Shown here piece by piece: positions 52,100 through 61,518 of a stretch of 64,000 nt of DNA (the stretch's first letter is position 1; every line of letters begins with the position of its first letter). This stretch comes from Candidatus Nanopelagicaceae bacterium (GTDB lineage: Bacteria; Actinomycetota; Actinomycetes; Nanopelagicales; Nanopelagicaceae): the NCBI GenBank assembly GCA_030730425.1, contig JANQVH010000015.1, forward strand, positions 28,696 through 92,695. Reading direction: 5' to 3'. A model generated the notes under the pieces. It saw only the letters and a program-made list of their open reading frames with translations, made no database searches and had not been told where the DNA came from. The translations under genes were made by a program, and so were the position numbers.

Positions 52100-52154
52100 A
52101 AGTGTTTAATATTATGAAGAAGCAAAATTTACTAAAACTCTTTAGGATAGGGCT

Positions 52155-52418
52155 ATGAGTACAAAAAAGAGTGGAAAGCCAGAATCTGCAAAATCAGAAG
52201 TTCGCATATCGGTAGCTGATCAGCTTCGTGAGCTAACGATAGAAACTTCTCTTGATCGTGATGAAGTACTAGCCCTGGTCAACAAAGCTCTAACTTCCTC
52301 GGCCCCTTTAGCGCTAACTGATATTAGAGGTCGACAGTTTGTAGTGCCTGCAGGAAAAATTGGTTCAATTGAGATTGGCGATATTGCTGAGCGAAGAGTG
52401 GGATTTGCTGGAGCTTGA
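52155..52418 (+). CDS. DUF3107 domain-containing protein (TB9.4-like)
   Basis: 87 aa. EVRISVADQLRELTIET ... LTDIRGRQFVVPAGKIGSIEIGD..ERRVGF matches DUF3107. It follows a TetR gene, as at Rv3208/Rv3208A. Confidence 0.75.
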   Translation: MSTKKSGKPESAKSEVRISVADQLRELTIETSLDRDEVLALVNKALTSSAPLALTDIRGRQFVVPAGKIGSIEIGDIAERRVGFAGA

Positions 52419-52419
52419 G

Positions 52420-53130
52420 TTAGATAAGTTCTAATTTTTCCAGTAATAGATAGGTAATTTCTCTATAGTCTGCAGCAACTTCACTCTTTGTATCGAGAGT
52501 TAATACGCTCTTAGCCTGGCTCTGCGAGGCAGATACTTGCAAAGAAGAGCGAATTGTTGGTTCAAGGAGCGCAAAATCTTCATCTATCAGTGATTTAAAC
52601 TCATCATCTAGCAGTTGAGTTGCCTTAGTAATTAAAAGCTGGAGCTGCCCGCTATGGCCTGCGCTTTCTGCATAATCTTTACTATTTAAAGCTCCTCGAA
52701 GCGAGAGAATTTCCGTTGTGCTAGGAAGCACAATTAGATCAGCGCTGGCCATAAAGTAAGTAGTAATCCTTGAGACCCCAGTTGGTGTATCAATAATTAC
52801 TAAATCAAAGCTGGCTAGCAGCTCAATGAGTTTTGCTGGAGAGATAGCTTGATCAATATCTATAGCAAGAAGGCGACTAGATGAGGCAATGATTGAGAAT
52901 CGCTCTCCACTTTTAATTATTGAGGCATCCACTGAAAATTGTCCAGTTAAAAACTCTTTAGTACTGACTCTAGGGTTTTCAATACCGCAAGCAAAAGTTA
53001 AACCAGCTGATGGATCTGCATCTATTACTAAAACCTTTTTGCCATACTCACTTGCAGCTACCGCTATACAGTGAGCGGAGGTACTCTTTCCTACTCCCCC
53101 TGCGCTATTGGCAATTACTAGAGTTTTCAC
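52420..53130 (-). CDS. ParA/MinD-like P-loop ATPase
   Basis: VIANSAGGVGKSTSA Walker A, VLVIDADP, IIDTP. Confidence 0.8.
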   Translation of the reverse strand: MKTLVIANSAGGVGKSTSAHCIAVAASEYGKKVLVIDADPSAGLTFACGIENPRVSTKEFLTGQFSVDASIIKSGERFSIIASSSRLLAIDIDQAISPAKLIELLASFDLVIIDTPTGVSRITTYFMASADLIVLPSTTEILSLRGALNSKDYAESAGHSGQLQLLITKATQLLDDEFKSLIDEDFALLEPTIRSSLQVSASQSQAKSVLTLDTKSEVAADYREITYLLLEKLELI

Positions 53131-53909
53131 TTCTCTAAGCCCACCTGAGCAAATGCAAATTTCATTTCAGGTGTCTGTCTTAAGCCTTCAGGCACTAATA
53201 GAAGAGCGCTTCGAAGTGATCTAAGAGCGAGATTTGTAGCGATATCTTGGCCAGGAAGTGTTGGCCAGGCGTATAAAGACTTAGCCCACTTAGGAAGAGA
53301 AGCGGCTGCAATTGAAGTAATGCCTCCCCATAGCGGAGCGATTGGAGTTCCAAAGCGAAGAAGTGGTGGAAGCGGAGGAAGGGCTATAAACAAGGCGGCA
53401 CGTTTGGCATCATCGCTGGCATAGAGTTCATCTTTAATATCTATGAAGTATTTATCTAATTGAGCAACGCTTCTTGGCACTTTCTCCTCATCAATACCCA
53501 CTAAGCGAGCAAAGATCACCATCTCCTCGAGATATTGATCGCGCTCTCTTTCACTTAAAACAAGGCCAGAGCGAAGCGCTGTATCTAAGAATGAATCAAC
53601 CATCGCCATATGAACCCAGAGCAGAAGCCTTTGATCATCAAGCTTTAACTTCTCGTGAACACCTCTAACTCTGGCAGCTAACTTCTCAGCCTTTTCCTTG
53701 CTAGCAAAGGTAAGAGTTGCAACATAATCTCCAGTCCTCTCAAGTCTTCCCCAAGCATCCTCGCGGAAGTTGGAGTGCGCTGCCACTCCTGCCATCGCCT
53801 CCGGATGCAGCGCTTGCTGTAGCAGCGCTCTAATTCCTCCCACAAACATTGAAGGATCAGAGTGAACCCTCCAGGTTATGGAATCAGGGGAAAAGAAACC
53901 TAAACTCAT
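53127..53909 (-). CDS. Oxygenase MpaB family protein (DUF2236)
   Basis: SITWRVHSDPSMFVGGIRALLQQALHPEAMAGVAAHSNF..D...RL.RT is typical of DUF2236. Confidence 0.7.
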   Translation of the reverse strand: MSLGFFSPDSITWRVHSDPSMFVGGIRALLQQALHPEAMAGVAAHSNFREDAWGRLERTGDYVATLTFASKEKAEKLAARVRGVHEKLKLDDQRLLLWVHMAMVDSFLDTALRSGLVLSERERDQYLEEMVIFARLVGIDEEKVPRSVAQLDKYFIDIKDELYASDDAKRAALFIALPPLPPLLRFGTPIAPLWGGITSIAAASLPKWAKSLYAWPTLPGQDIATNLALRSLRSALLLVPEGLRQTPEMKFAFAQVGLEK

Positions 53910-54517
53910 GAGGCAAAGAGATCCTTGATTCCAGTCATCAGCATCTCAAAAGCAATTGCAGCAGTTAGAAGGCCTGCAATCTTTGCAAGGAGAGCGACTC
54001 CAGATTCTTTTATAATTTTCACAATTCCAAGCGAGAACATCAGAGTTATACCAATAATCAGATGAGCTCCAAGTACAGCAAGTGAGAGTGCAAAGGTCAT
54101 AGAGGTGCTAGAAACTTCTTGGCTAAAGAGCATGATTGTCACAATTGCTCCAGGGCCTGCCAGTAGTGGTGTACCAAGTGGCACTAAAGCCAAGTTCTTT
54201 GGAATCTTTCCGCCACCGTTAAAGTCACTTCCCTTGAGTAAATCAAGTGAGACCAATAGAAGAAGTAATCCCCCAGCTCCTCTTAGAGCTGGCATAGAAA
54301 TCTCAAGATAATCAACGATAAATTGGCCAAAGAGAGCAAATAAAGTAATAACAAAGAGCGAAGTGCCGGCAGCTTGCCAGGCAAGAAGAGTTCTCTGACG
54401 CCGAGTGCGATCTCCTAGAACAGATAGGAATACTGGAGTGGCACCTGGCGGATCTAAAATTACAAGCAAGGTGACAAATGCCTGCAGGCCAAATGTAATG
54501 GTGCTGATATCGCTCAT
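53906..54517 (-). CDS. MarC family (UPF0056) membrane protein
   Basis: 203 aa with six hydrophobic segments. ILDPPGATPVFLS resembles the MarC N-terminal NPxG motif. Confidence 0.7.
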   Translation of the reverse strand: MSDISTITFGLQAFVTLLVILDPPGATPVFLSVLGDRTRRQRTLLAWQAAGTSLFVITLFALFGQFIVDYLEISMPALRGAGGLLLLLVSLDLLKGSDFNGGGKIPKNLALVPLGTPLLAGPGAIVTIMLFSQEVSSTSMTFALSLAVLGAHLIIGITLMFSLGIVKIIKESGVALLAKIAGLLTAAIAFEMLMTGIKDLFAS

Positions 54518-55377
54518 CGCTTCACAACTCTTCTTTCATTAGCCTTTGATTCAAGATGGGCCCATTGTTCAGGATTGGTAGTGAATTGCGCTAATCGATT
54601 TAATTTTCCATCTCCGTGGTAATCACTTGAGCCAGTAATAACAAGATTACGCGCAATTGCAAGGGAGACTAGCTCAGCTTTCTCACTATCTGAGTGATCT
54701 GGGTGATCCACTTCAATTCCATCAAGTCCAGCAGCAATTAAGTTATCAAATGCTTCAATTTTAAGTGTTTTGCCACGCTTTGAAGCAAATGGATGAGCGA
54801 TTACTGCAACACCTCCAGCCTGCTTGATTAGCTTGATAGCAGCCTCTGGAGTTGGTGAATAATGATTGACATAGTATTTAGATTTATTATGTAAGAAAGT
54901 TTCAAATGCTTCTTGGCGAGATGCCACATGGCCCTTGGCAACTAAAGCATCAGCTAGGTGTGGCCGACCGAGCGTGGCATCTCCGGTTCGCATGGCATAA
55001 ACCTCATCTAAGCTAATTTCAATTCCAGCTTCATTTAGGCGAGTAATAATCTTCTCCATACGAAATAGGCGATGCTCTCTTGTCTTATCAAGTTCATCAA
55101 TGAGTGCTTGATGGCTTGAATCAAAGAGCAGGCCAAGCATGTGAATACTGAGCCCCTCTTCATCTTGGCAAGAAATTTCTGAGCCCAATACCAATTGCAA
55201 TTGAGATTTAGAGGGATGATTAAGCAGAGCGCTAGATGCTTCCTGCCAGCCGCGAGTAGTGTCATGATCTGTTAGCGCTAAGACCCCAATACCTGCAGCA
55301 ATTGCCTTATCGATTAATCCAGAGGGCGTATCAGTCCCATCGCTTGCATTGGTATGGGTATGTAAATCAATGAGCAT
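54514..55377 (-). CDS. PHP-domain metal-dependent phosphoesterase (TrpH/YciV-like)
   Basis: IDLHTHTNASDGT and LTDHDT motifs. The start is placed at ATG 55377 (MLIDLH). The ORF extends to 55431 but would then overlap the EamA gene by 44 nt. Confidence 0.75.
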   Translation of the reverse strand: MLIDLHTHTNASDGTDTPSGLIDKAIAAGIGVLALTDHDTTRGWQEASSALLNHPSKSQLQLVLGSEISCQDEEGLSIHMLGLLFDSSHQALIDELDKTREHRLFRMEKIITRLNEAGIEISLDEVYAMRTGDATLGRPHLADALVAKGHVASRQEAFETFLHNKSKYYVNHYSPTPEAAIKLIKQAGGVAVIAHPFASKRGKTLKIEAFDNLIAAGLDGIEVDHPDHSDSEKAELVSLAIARNLVITGSSDYHGDGKLNRLAQFTTNPEQWAHLESKANERRVVKR

Positions 55378-55387
55378 GAGGGTAAGG

Positions 55388-56284
55388 CTACCCTTTTTCT
55401 CCATCCTTGCTGCGCATAACAAAAATCGCACACCCTGCCAATAAAAGAATCAACCCAGGAACAGTTCCAAGTGGTGGTAATTGATCAAGCCACCAAAAGG
55501 CAAGAAGAGCGCCGACTGGAACTTCAAAGAAAACAATTAAGGAAACAATTGCTGGAGATACTCTCTTAAGTGAGAAATTAAACATAGTGTGGCCAAGAAT
55601 CTGTGCTCCCAAAATTAGCGCAAGTAATAACCACCATTGCTTAGCCTCAAAGCCAATTAGCTGCACTCCAGTAACTAGTGCAATCGGAAGAGCAGTTAGC
55701 GAACAAGTTAAATAACATAGAGTGGTATAGGTTGAAGTTGCTAGCGTTTGTTGCGCTTTGGAGCCAAGTAGAACATATAGGGCAGCAAGTGCAGCGCAGA
55801 TAATTGCCGCTATATCTCCAATGAAAGCTCTAGTTGAAATCTGAAAATCAACTCCAGTAATGATTAAAACTCCAATAAAGCTAATAACCATTCCAATCCA
55901 AGCTCGCCTTGGAATATGGCCACCAAGTTTTTTAACAAAGTAAGCAGCAAAAATTGGTTGAAGTGCGGTAAGGGCAGTTCCTGCTGCCACAGTGGTGTAT
56001 CTCATTGCTATAAAAAAACCAATAAAGTGAAGCGCCAGAACAAATCCTGCTGCCATTGACCAGGCAAGACCGCGACGATTTTCACTCTTTAGCCACTGTC
56101 CATTTCTCAATGCAAAGGGAGCCATGATTAGCGCTCCTCCAAGGTTTCGCCAGAAAATTAGAGTGATGATTGGCATCGCGCTCAAGGCAATTACTGGACC
56201 AGAGGTTCCAATTCCAATTACTCCGAGAAGTAATAATGGGATGTCACGACCACTGGGCATCTGGGTGTGGTTTTGGTTTTGCAC
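55388..56284 (-). CDS. EamA/DMT family transporter
   Basis: 298 aa with ten hydrophobic segments in two EamA-like halves. Confidence 0.75.
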   Translation of the reverse strand: MQNQNHTQMPSGRDIPLLLLGVIGIGTSGPVIALSAMPIITLIFWRNLGGALIMAPFALRNGQWLKSENRRGLAWSMAAGFVLALHFIGFFIAMRYTTVAAGTALTALQPIFAAYFVKKLGGHIPRRAWIGMVISFIGVLIITGVDFQISTRAFIGDIAAIICAALAALYVLLGSKAQQTLATSTYTTLCYLTCSLTALPIALVTGVQLIGFEAKQWWLLLALILGAQILGHTMFNFSLKRVSPAIVSLIVFFEVPVGALLAFWWLDQLPPLGTVPGLILLLAGCAIFVMRSKDGEKG

Positions 56285-56289
56285 GGCAG

Positions 56290-57426
56290 TTATGTAGAGA
56301 CCCCCAGCGGAACGCCAACTAGAGATTTCTTTCGCTTTGTTAACTGATCAACAATTGCAAAAAAGCCCTTAGCAGCATCTGACTCTGGATCTCTAAATAC
56401 TATTGGTGATCCTTCATCTCCACCTTCACGTAGCTTGATATCAAATGAAATTTGAGCAAGTAGCGGGACATCTACTCCAACAAGTTGACTCAATCTCTTT
56501 GCAGTCTCTTGCCCTCCGCCTTGACCAAATAGTGCTACCTGGGCGCCACTTACAGGATCTGTGTAGGCAGACATATTCTCAATTACTCCAATTACATGTT
56601 GCTTTAACTGATGAGCAATTCGCCCTGCTCGCTCAGCAACTTCGGCAGCTGCAATCTGTGGAGTGGTCACCACGATAATTTCTGATGCTGGAATCAATTG
56701 ACCAAGAGATATTGCAATATCACCTGTTCCTGGAGGCAGGTCAAGGAGTAAGAAATCTAAATCTCCCCAATATGCATCACTTAAGAGCTGTTCTAAAACT
56801 CTATGAAGCAGTGGGCCGCGATAAGCAACCGGATCTGCGCGATCTGGTTTGAACATCTCAATTGAAACTACCTTAATTCCATTGGTTTCAACTGGAATGA
56901 ATGTCTGATCGATAGCTGTTGGTCGCTGCCCTTCAATACCTAAAAGCCTTGGAATTGAGTGTCCATAGACATCAGCATCTAGTACTCCTACTTTAAAGCC
57001 GCGCTTACTAAGCGCTGCGGCAAGATTTACTGTTACCGATGACTTTCCAACACCGCCCTTACCTGATGAGATAGCCCAAACTCTAGTTAGGGAATCGGGT
57101 TGAGCAAATGGAATGAATTTCTCTCGCCCGCCCCGAAGAAGCTTTTTAACGTTATCTCTCTGGGCTTCATTCATTACCCCAAATTCAAGTTCAACCTTTT
57201 CAACCCCAGAGACTTTAGAGACAGCGCTTGTAACATCGCTCTTTAACTTATCTCGCATAGGACATCCTGAGATAGTTAGTAATATCTTGATATTTGCTAG
57301 CCCGCCATCAAAATTAACACTTTCAACCATTCCTAGATCTGGAAGTGGTCTGTGAAGCTCGGGGTCAGAAACAGTTGCAAGCGCGCTATGAATCTGACTT
57401 ATTACTTCATCTCTTGAAAGGCTCAT
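56290..57426 (-). CDS. apbC: Fe-S cluster carrier ATPase Mrp/ApbC with an N-terminal DUF59 domain
   Basis: DPELHRPL..LGMV (DUF59), SGKGGVGKSS deviant Walker A, DLPPGTGD. Confidence 0.9.
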   Translation of the reverse strand: MSLSRDEVISQIHSALATVSDPELHRPLPDLGMVESVNFDGGLANIKILLTISGCPMRDKLKSDVTSAVSKVSGVEKVELEFGVMNEAQRDNVKKLLRGGREKFIPFAQPDSLTRVWAISSGKGGVGKSSVTVNLAAALSKRGFKVGVLDADVYGHSIPRLLGIEGQRPTAIDQTFIPVETNGIKVVSIEMFKPDRADPVAYRGPLLHRVLEQLLSDAYWGDLDFLLLDLPPGTGDIAISLGQLIPASEIIVVTTPQIAAAEVAERAGRIAHQLKQHVIGVIENMSAYTDPVSGAQVALFGQGGGQETAKRLSQLVGVDVPLLAQISFDIKLREGGDEGSPIVFRDPESDAAKGFFAIVDQLTKRKKSLVGVPLGVST

Positions 57427-57761
57427 AGTAGATCTGGATCTATTTTAGCTGCCTCATCTATTACCTTTTTACTCGCCTTAGCCTGGCTCTTAAGGTCATT
57501 TGCTAATGGCTTAACATCATCTAGCGCATTTCCTAATACTTTCTGGGCTAATTTCTTTGGAGTTAAATCGCTAACTTGTAAATCTTCAAATCCAGGTCCT
57601 AAGTTTTCTTTTAATTCACGTGAGGCATAGGTTGTGAAGTTTCGAACCTTATGAATAAATCTGGCAAAATCCTTTGCTGCCTCAGGCAATTTATCTGGGC
57701 CAACTAAAAACAAGCCTAGGATTACTAATCCTAGAAACTCACCCATTCCAATGCCGAACAT
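57423..57761 (-). CDS. tatB: Twin-arginine translocase subunit TatB
   Basis: MFGIGMGEFLGLVILGLFLVGPDKLPEAAKDFARFI shows the TatA/B fold. The length and amphipathic tail fit TatB. Confidence 0.75.
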   Translation of the reverse strand: MFGIGMGEFLGLVILGLFLVGPDKLPEAAKDFARFIHKVRNFTTYASRELKENLGPGFEDLQVSDLTPKKLAQKVLGNALDDVKPLANDLKSQAKASKKVIDEAAKIDPDLL

Positions 57762-57781
57762 GCACCTATCCTATTCTTTAA

Positions 57782-58450
57782 TTAAATCTTCGTCGCAACC
57801 ATTACGCCGTCGCCAACCGGCAGCAACATTGGAAGCCAGAGCGTTGATGAGTCCTTAATCACCTTAATAACTTCTCGATAGGCAACGCTATCTTCATCTC
57901 GCTGCGTTGGATCAGCAACCTTTCCTGAGAGAAGCGCTCGATCTATGATCAATACTCCACCTGGGCGAAGTGAGCGATGAGCATTCTCTACTCCATCGAG
58001 TAAATCTGCGCTCTTTCTCATAATAAATATGTCATAAAGGCTATCGGCCAGCTTTCCTACAATCTCTCGAGAGTTTCCAGTAATTAAGCGATAGCGTGAC
58101 GAATTAATCCCAGCCTCTTCAAAGGCTTGCTTTGCTAACTTAGCATTTTCAACTTCGTCATCAATTGATGTTAATAGTCCCTTTGGACTCATCGCTTGAA
58201 AGATCCATAAACCACTAACTCCAGCCCCAGTTCCGATTTCAACTATTGAACTGGCTCCTATTAAATGGGTGAGATAGCGAAGTAGCGATCCAACTGCTGG
58301 AGTGGCATCGTAGGTGCCAATTTCTTGCCCTCTACTTCTAGCTTTTTGAATAATCTCTGTCTCTGGAATAAATGTATTTGAAAATGCCCGCATATCTCCG
58401 CGTTCAGGGAATAACTTCTCTGTAAATCCCTTATCCCCGATGCCTGACAT
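57782..58450 (-). CDS. Class I SAM-dependent O-methyltransferase (caffeoyl-CoA OMT-like, Rv1220c-like)
   Basis: IVEIGTGAGVSG (SAM motif I) and DIFIM. The ATG at 58450 overlaps the pepA stop (TAATG). The track start at 58468 would overlap pepA by 19 nt. Confidence 0.75.
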   Translation of the reverse strand: MSGIGDKGFTEKLFPERGDMRAFSNTFIPETEIIQKARSRGQEIGTYDATPAVGSLLRYLTHLIGASSIVEIGTGAGVSGLWIFQAMSPKGLLTSIDDEVENAKLAKQAFEEAGINSSRYRLITGNSREIVGKLADSLYDIFIMRKSADLLDGVENAHRSLRPGGVLIIDRALLSGKVADPTQRDEDSVAYREVIKVIKDSSTLWLPMLLPVGDGVMVATKI

Positions 58451-59961
58451 TAGAGGGTAGCTAGCCACTGGGTGAGAAGGCGAACTCCATATCCGGTTCC
58501 ACCTTTTACATTTTCTCCTGCATCAACTTCAGATCTGGCAGGGCCAGCAATATCTAGATGAACCCACTTGCGCTTGCCAACAAAGTTCTCTAGAAATAGC
58601 GCAGCAGTAACTGAGCCGCCTTGAAACTTAAACTTATCGGCGGTGTGATTAAAGTCTGCGATATTGCTCTCTAGGGCTACTGAATAATCATCAATTAAAG
58701 GCATATGCCAGATTTGATCTCCTGTGTAATCACCAATGTCAGAGAGTTTTCGAGCAAGTTTGTTATCTCTTGTATACATCGCGCCGTAATAGCGGCTAAG
58801 TCCTAGCGTTGCAGCTCCAGTTAGAGTTGCTACATCAATCAAATAATCTGGATCTAGATTCTTATCAGCATAAGCAAGGCCATCTGCCAGCACTAATCTT
58901 CCTTCAGCATCAGTGTTGATTACCTCAACTGTGGTTCCACCATAATGAGTGATTACATCAGATGGGCGAGTTGATGTGCCTGAAAGAGAGTTCTCAGCAA
59001 GCATCAGTAGCGCTGTGATTCGAACATTTAATTTCAATTCAGCAGCTGCAATTGTTGCCATTAACACAACAGCTGCCCCAGCCATATCACTTTTCATTGG
59101 AGCCATAGCTTCATAAGGGCGCTTTAGAGAAACTCCTCCAGTATCAAAGGTAATTCCCTTGCCAACTAGGACCACATGTGGCGCTTTCTTTGATCCCTTT
59201 GGCTTGTAACTCAACTCAACAAATCTTGGAGGATTTTTTACGCTGGAATTACCAATAGCGCTAAGCCCGCCAAACTCTGCCAATTGGCGACCTGATTTAA
59301 TCTTTAGCGAGAGCGTAGAGTCTCTTGCTAGTGATTTTGCCTGAGCTGCCATCCAAACTGGGTTTTTAATGTTGGAGGGAGTTTGTATTAAATCGCGCGC
59401 CTTCCAAGTTGATTTAACTTGCACCTTTGAACGCTCTAAAACTTTAGCAAAGTCACCTACTAACGTAATCTCTGGAGTTAGGCTCTTTGTGCCACTCTTC
59501 TGGCTCCAAATATAAGTAGCAAGGGCAGAGGAGATAAAGTGGAGTTGAGCATCGCTATCACTCTCAACTAAGAGAGAAAGTACTGAGGATTTACTGGCTT
59601 TTACCTTCCGCCCAATAGCAGCAGATGCTCTTCTAATATGGGAATTACTAGATTCACCAACTCCAACAAGAAGGATATGTACTACTTCTCCGCTTTCCTG
59701 CAATACTGGAATATCAATTACTTCTCCGGCTTTGCCAGTAACAGCGCTGCCATTCTTCTTGATTTCATCAGTAAATGAGATTGAGTAGATTTTCTCAATA
59801 CTTTTAATTATTTTTTTGCTTAAAATAATTTCTATCTCAGGTAATTCTTTTGAATCTTTTGCTTTTATAGCAAGGGCGATATGAGTAAAGCCTTTAAAGA
59901 ATTTCTCCGAGAATTCCCCCGGAGGTTTTACCGTTCCGAGTCTCGGAAGCGGTAGGTTCAT
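58450..59961 (-). CDS. pepA: Leucyl aminopeptidase (M17)
   Basis: VGKGITFDTGG, NTDAEGRLVLAD, MKSDMAGAA. Confidence 0.92.
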   Translation of the reverse strand: MNLPLPRLGTVKPPGEFSEKFFKGFTHIALAIKAKDSKELPEIEIILSKKIIKSIEKIYSISFTDEIKKNGSAVTGKAGEVIDIPVLQESGEVVHILLVGVGESSNSHIRRASAAIGRKVKASKSSVLSLLVESDSDAQLHFISSALATYIWSQKSGTKSLTPEITLVGDFAKVLERSKVQVKSTWKARDLIQTPSNIKNPVWMAAQAKSLARDSTLSLKIKSGRQLAEFGGLSAIGNSSVKNPPRFVELSYKPKGSKKAPHVVLVGKGITFDTGGVSLKRPYEAMAPMKSDMAGAAVVLMATIAAAELKLNVRITALLMLAENSLSGTSTRPSDVITHYGGTTVEVINTDAEGRLVLADGLAYADKNLDPDYLIDVATLTGAATLGLSRYYGAMYTRDNKLARKLSDIGDYTGDQIWHMPLIDDYSVALESNIADFNHTADKFKFQGGSVTAALFLENFVGKRKWVHLDIAGPARSEVDAGENVKGGTGYGVRLLTQWLATL

Positions 59962-60137
59962 TTCTTAAGAAGGGAAATTGACATATTCAAGACATCAGCA
60001 AGGTTTCGAGCCTCTTCTTGATTCAGCTCTACTACCAACCGGCCGCCACCCTCGAGCGGGATTCGCATCACAAGGCTTCTGGCTTCCTTGGTAACTTCCA
60101 TAGGTCCATCGCCAGTGCGGGGTTTCATCGCTGCCAT
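59958..60137 (-). CDS. DUF3117 domain-containing small protein (Rv1211-like); absent from the ORF track (59 aa)
   Basis: My translation: MAAMKPRTGDGPMEVTKEARSLVMRIPLEGGGRLVVELNQEEARNLADVLNMSISLLKK. The first ~40 aa match the highly conserved actinobacterial DUF3117 sequence. A GAGAAGG SD lies 7 nt upstream. Its TGA overlaps the pepA ATG (ATGA). Confidence 0.85.
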   Translation of the reverse strand: MAAMKPRTGDGPMEVTKEARSLVMRIPLEGGGRLVVELNQEEARNLADVLNMSISLLKK

Positions 60138-60224
60138 CTATAAGCCTTCTCTCTTAATAAATCCTTGAAAGATCTTCTAGCCTTAAGCCCCAGCTCCAAG
60201 CTGGGAGGGTGAATTATCCCTTAT

Positions 60225-60431
60225 CTAGCTACCTTGTGGGAAATTGAAAGCTGAGCTCATTCTCATCCGTCCAGAGCGCAATACCGCCGTAATTGCCCGC
60301 GTAGGAGCCCCTATTTTCGTTGATATTTCCTCGATGCTATATCTCTTTATGTAATAAAGGGTAAGCACGATCCGCTCCTCTTCAGGAAGAGAGTCGATGA
60401 ACTCTTCTAAGGTCTGGTTCTGCTTACTCAC
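60225..60431 (-). CDS. Stand-alone sigma-70 region 4-like HTH protein (68 aa)
   Basis: LPEEERIVLTLYYIKRYSIEEISTKIGAPTRAITAVLRSGRMRM matches the sigma region 4.2 / ECF C-terminal pattern. No region 2 is present. Confidence 0.6.
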   Translation of the reverse strand: MSKQNQTLEEFIDSLPEEERIVLTLYYIKRYSIEEISTKIGAPTRAITAVLRSGRMRMSSAFNFPQGS

Positions 60432-60461
60432 AAGGCTAAGGCTACTGCCGATGGCGCCCCT

Positions 60462-60914
60462 TCAGTTGTTAAATCCTCGCGCAAACTTAGACAATGAGTA
60501 ATTCACAGCAAGCAATATTCCTGGTTTTACCAAGGCCAGAATCGCAGTCGGGGCATCGATTCGTTCATACCAATCAAATCTAGTTTTTCCCGGAGCTATC
60601 TCTACTAGGCGAAATTCTCCAATTCCTTTAATCCAACGACCATAGTGATCAACAGCGCAGAAAGTCTCTGGGTTCCAAGCCGTTATTTTCATCTCATCCC
60701 AGATTCCAATTTTTCCAATTCCAGTAAATGCAGAAATTGTTGTTCCGATACTAGAGATGCCATCTATATCAGCACTTGAATTTACCTTTGTTAAAGCCAT
60801 CCACTGACCTTGGCTCTTCCAATCAACTAACTTCTTCCAGACTTCACCAATCGGCGCAGAGATAGTTACGCTGGCTCTAAAGTCCGCGATCTTAGATTTA
60901 CTCTTCATGCTCAT
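60462..60914 (-). CDS. SRPBCC (START/polyketide cyclase-like) family protein
   Basis: 150 aa. The N-terminus ..SVTISAPIGEVWKKLVDWKSQGQW is typical of SRPBCC. Confidence 0.6.
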   Translation of the reverse strand: MSMKSKSKIADFRASVTISAPIGEVWKKLVDWKSQGQWMALTKVNSSADIDGISSIGTTISAFTGIGKIGIWDEMKITAWNPETFCAVDHYGRWIKGIGEFRLVEIAPGKTRFDWYERIDAPTAILALVKPGILLAVNYSLSKFARGFNN

Positions 60915-61450
60915 GAAGTGACATGCTTTATCGCGTTATCGATAGTGCTACACCAGGAAACTAACTCATGTTGACCTGGTTTCATAAAGTTCATTGCAGT
61001 TAAATCATCAAGTGCTAATCGAAGTGATCCATAGACGCCGCTTGGATCTAGAATTGCAATTGGCTTGTTGTGAAAACCTAAATACCTTCCAACCCAGATT
61101 TCTAATAACTCCTCAAGCGTTCCAATTCCGCCAGGAAGGGCGATAAAACCATCGGCTAAGCTTTCAATTAAACCTTTACGTTCGCGCATATCTTTGACTA
61201 CATGCATCTGGCTAGAGTCATGATCGATAAATTCCACGCTCATTAACCGCTCTGGAATAACTCCAATTGTTATACCGCCATTTTTTCTCGCGCCCTTGGC
61301 CACCTCGCCCATTACCGATATTGCTCCGCCGCCCCAGACCAATTCATGGCCTAATTTGGCAAGGGATGCCCCTAACTCAAAGCCAAGCTCTAGATTCTCT
61401 TTTGAAACTAGGGTCGATGATGCGCAGTAGACGGCAACTTTCATAGCCAC
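60911..61450 (-). CDS. LOG family protein (TIGR00730, nucleotide 5'-monophosphate phosphoribohydrolase-like)
   Basis: VWGGG..S.MG and PGGIGTLEEL motifs. Confidence 0.85.
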   Translation of the reverse strand: MAMKVAVYCASSTLVSKENLELGFELGASLAKLGHELVWGGGAISVMGEVAKGARKNGGITIGVIPERLMSVEFIDHDSSQMHVVKDMRERKGLIESLADGFIALPGGIGTLEELLEIWVGRYLGFHNKPIAILDPSGVYGSLRLALDDLTAMNFMKPGQHELVSWCSTIDNAIKHVTS

Positions 61451-61518
61451 ACTCTAAAGCAGATTTTTTCTAATGCTCACTGAAGCAAGTGATAGCCAAT
61501 AGTTGATAGCGTTGGTCT

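Noticed and set aside
60181-60210. Short hairpin CCCAGCT-cca-AGCTGGG downstream of the sigma-region-4 gene, considered as a terminator.
   Set aside because: Only a 7-bp stem with a 3-nt loop and no U-run on the transcribed strand. This is not distinguishable from chance.
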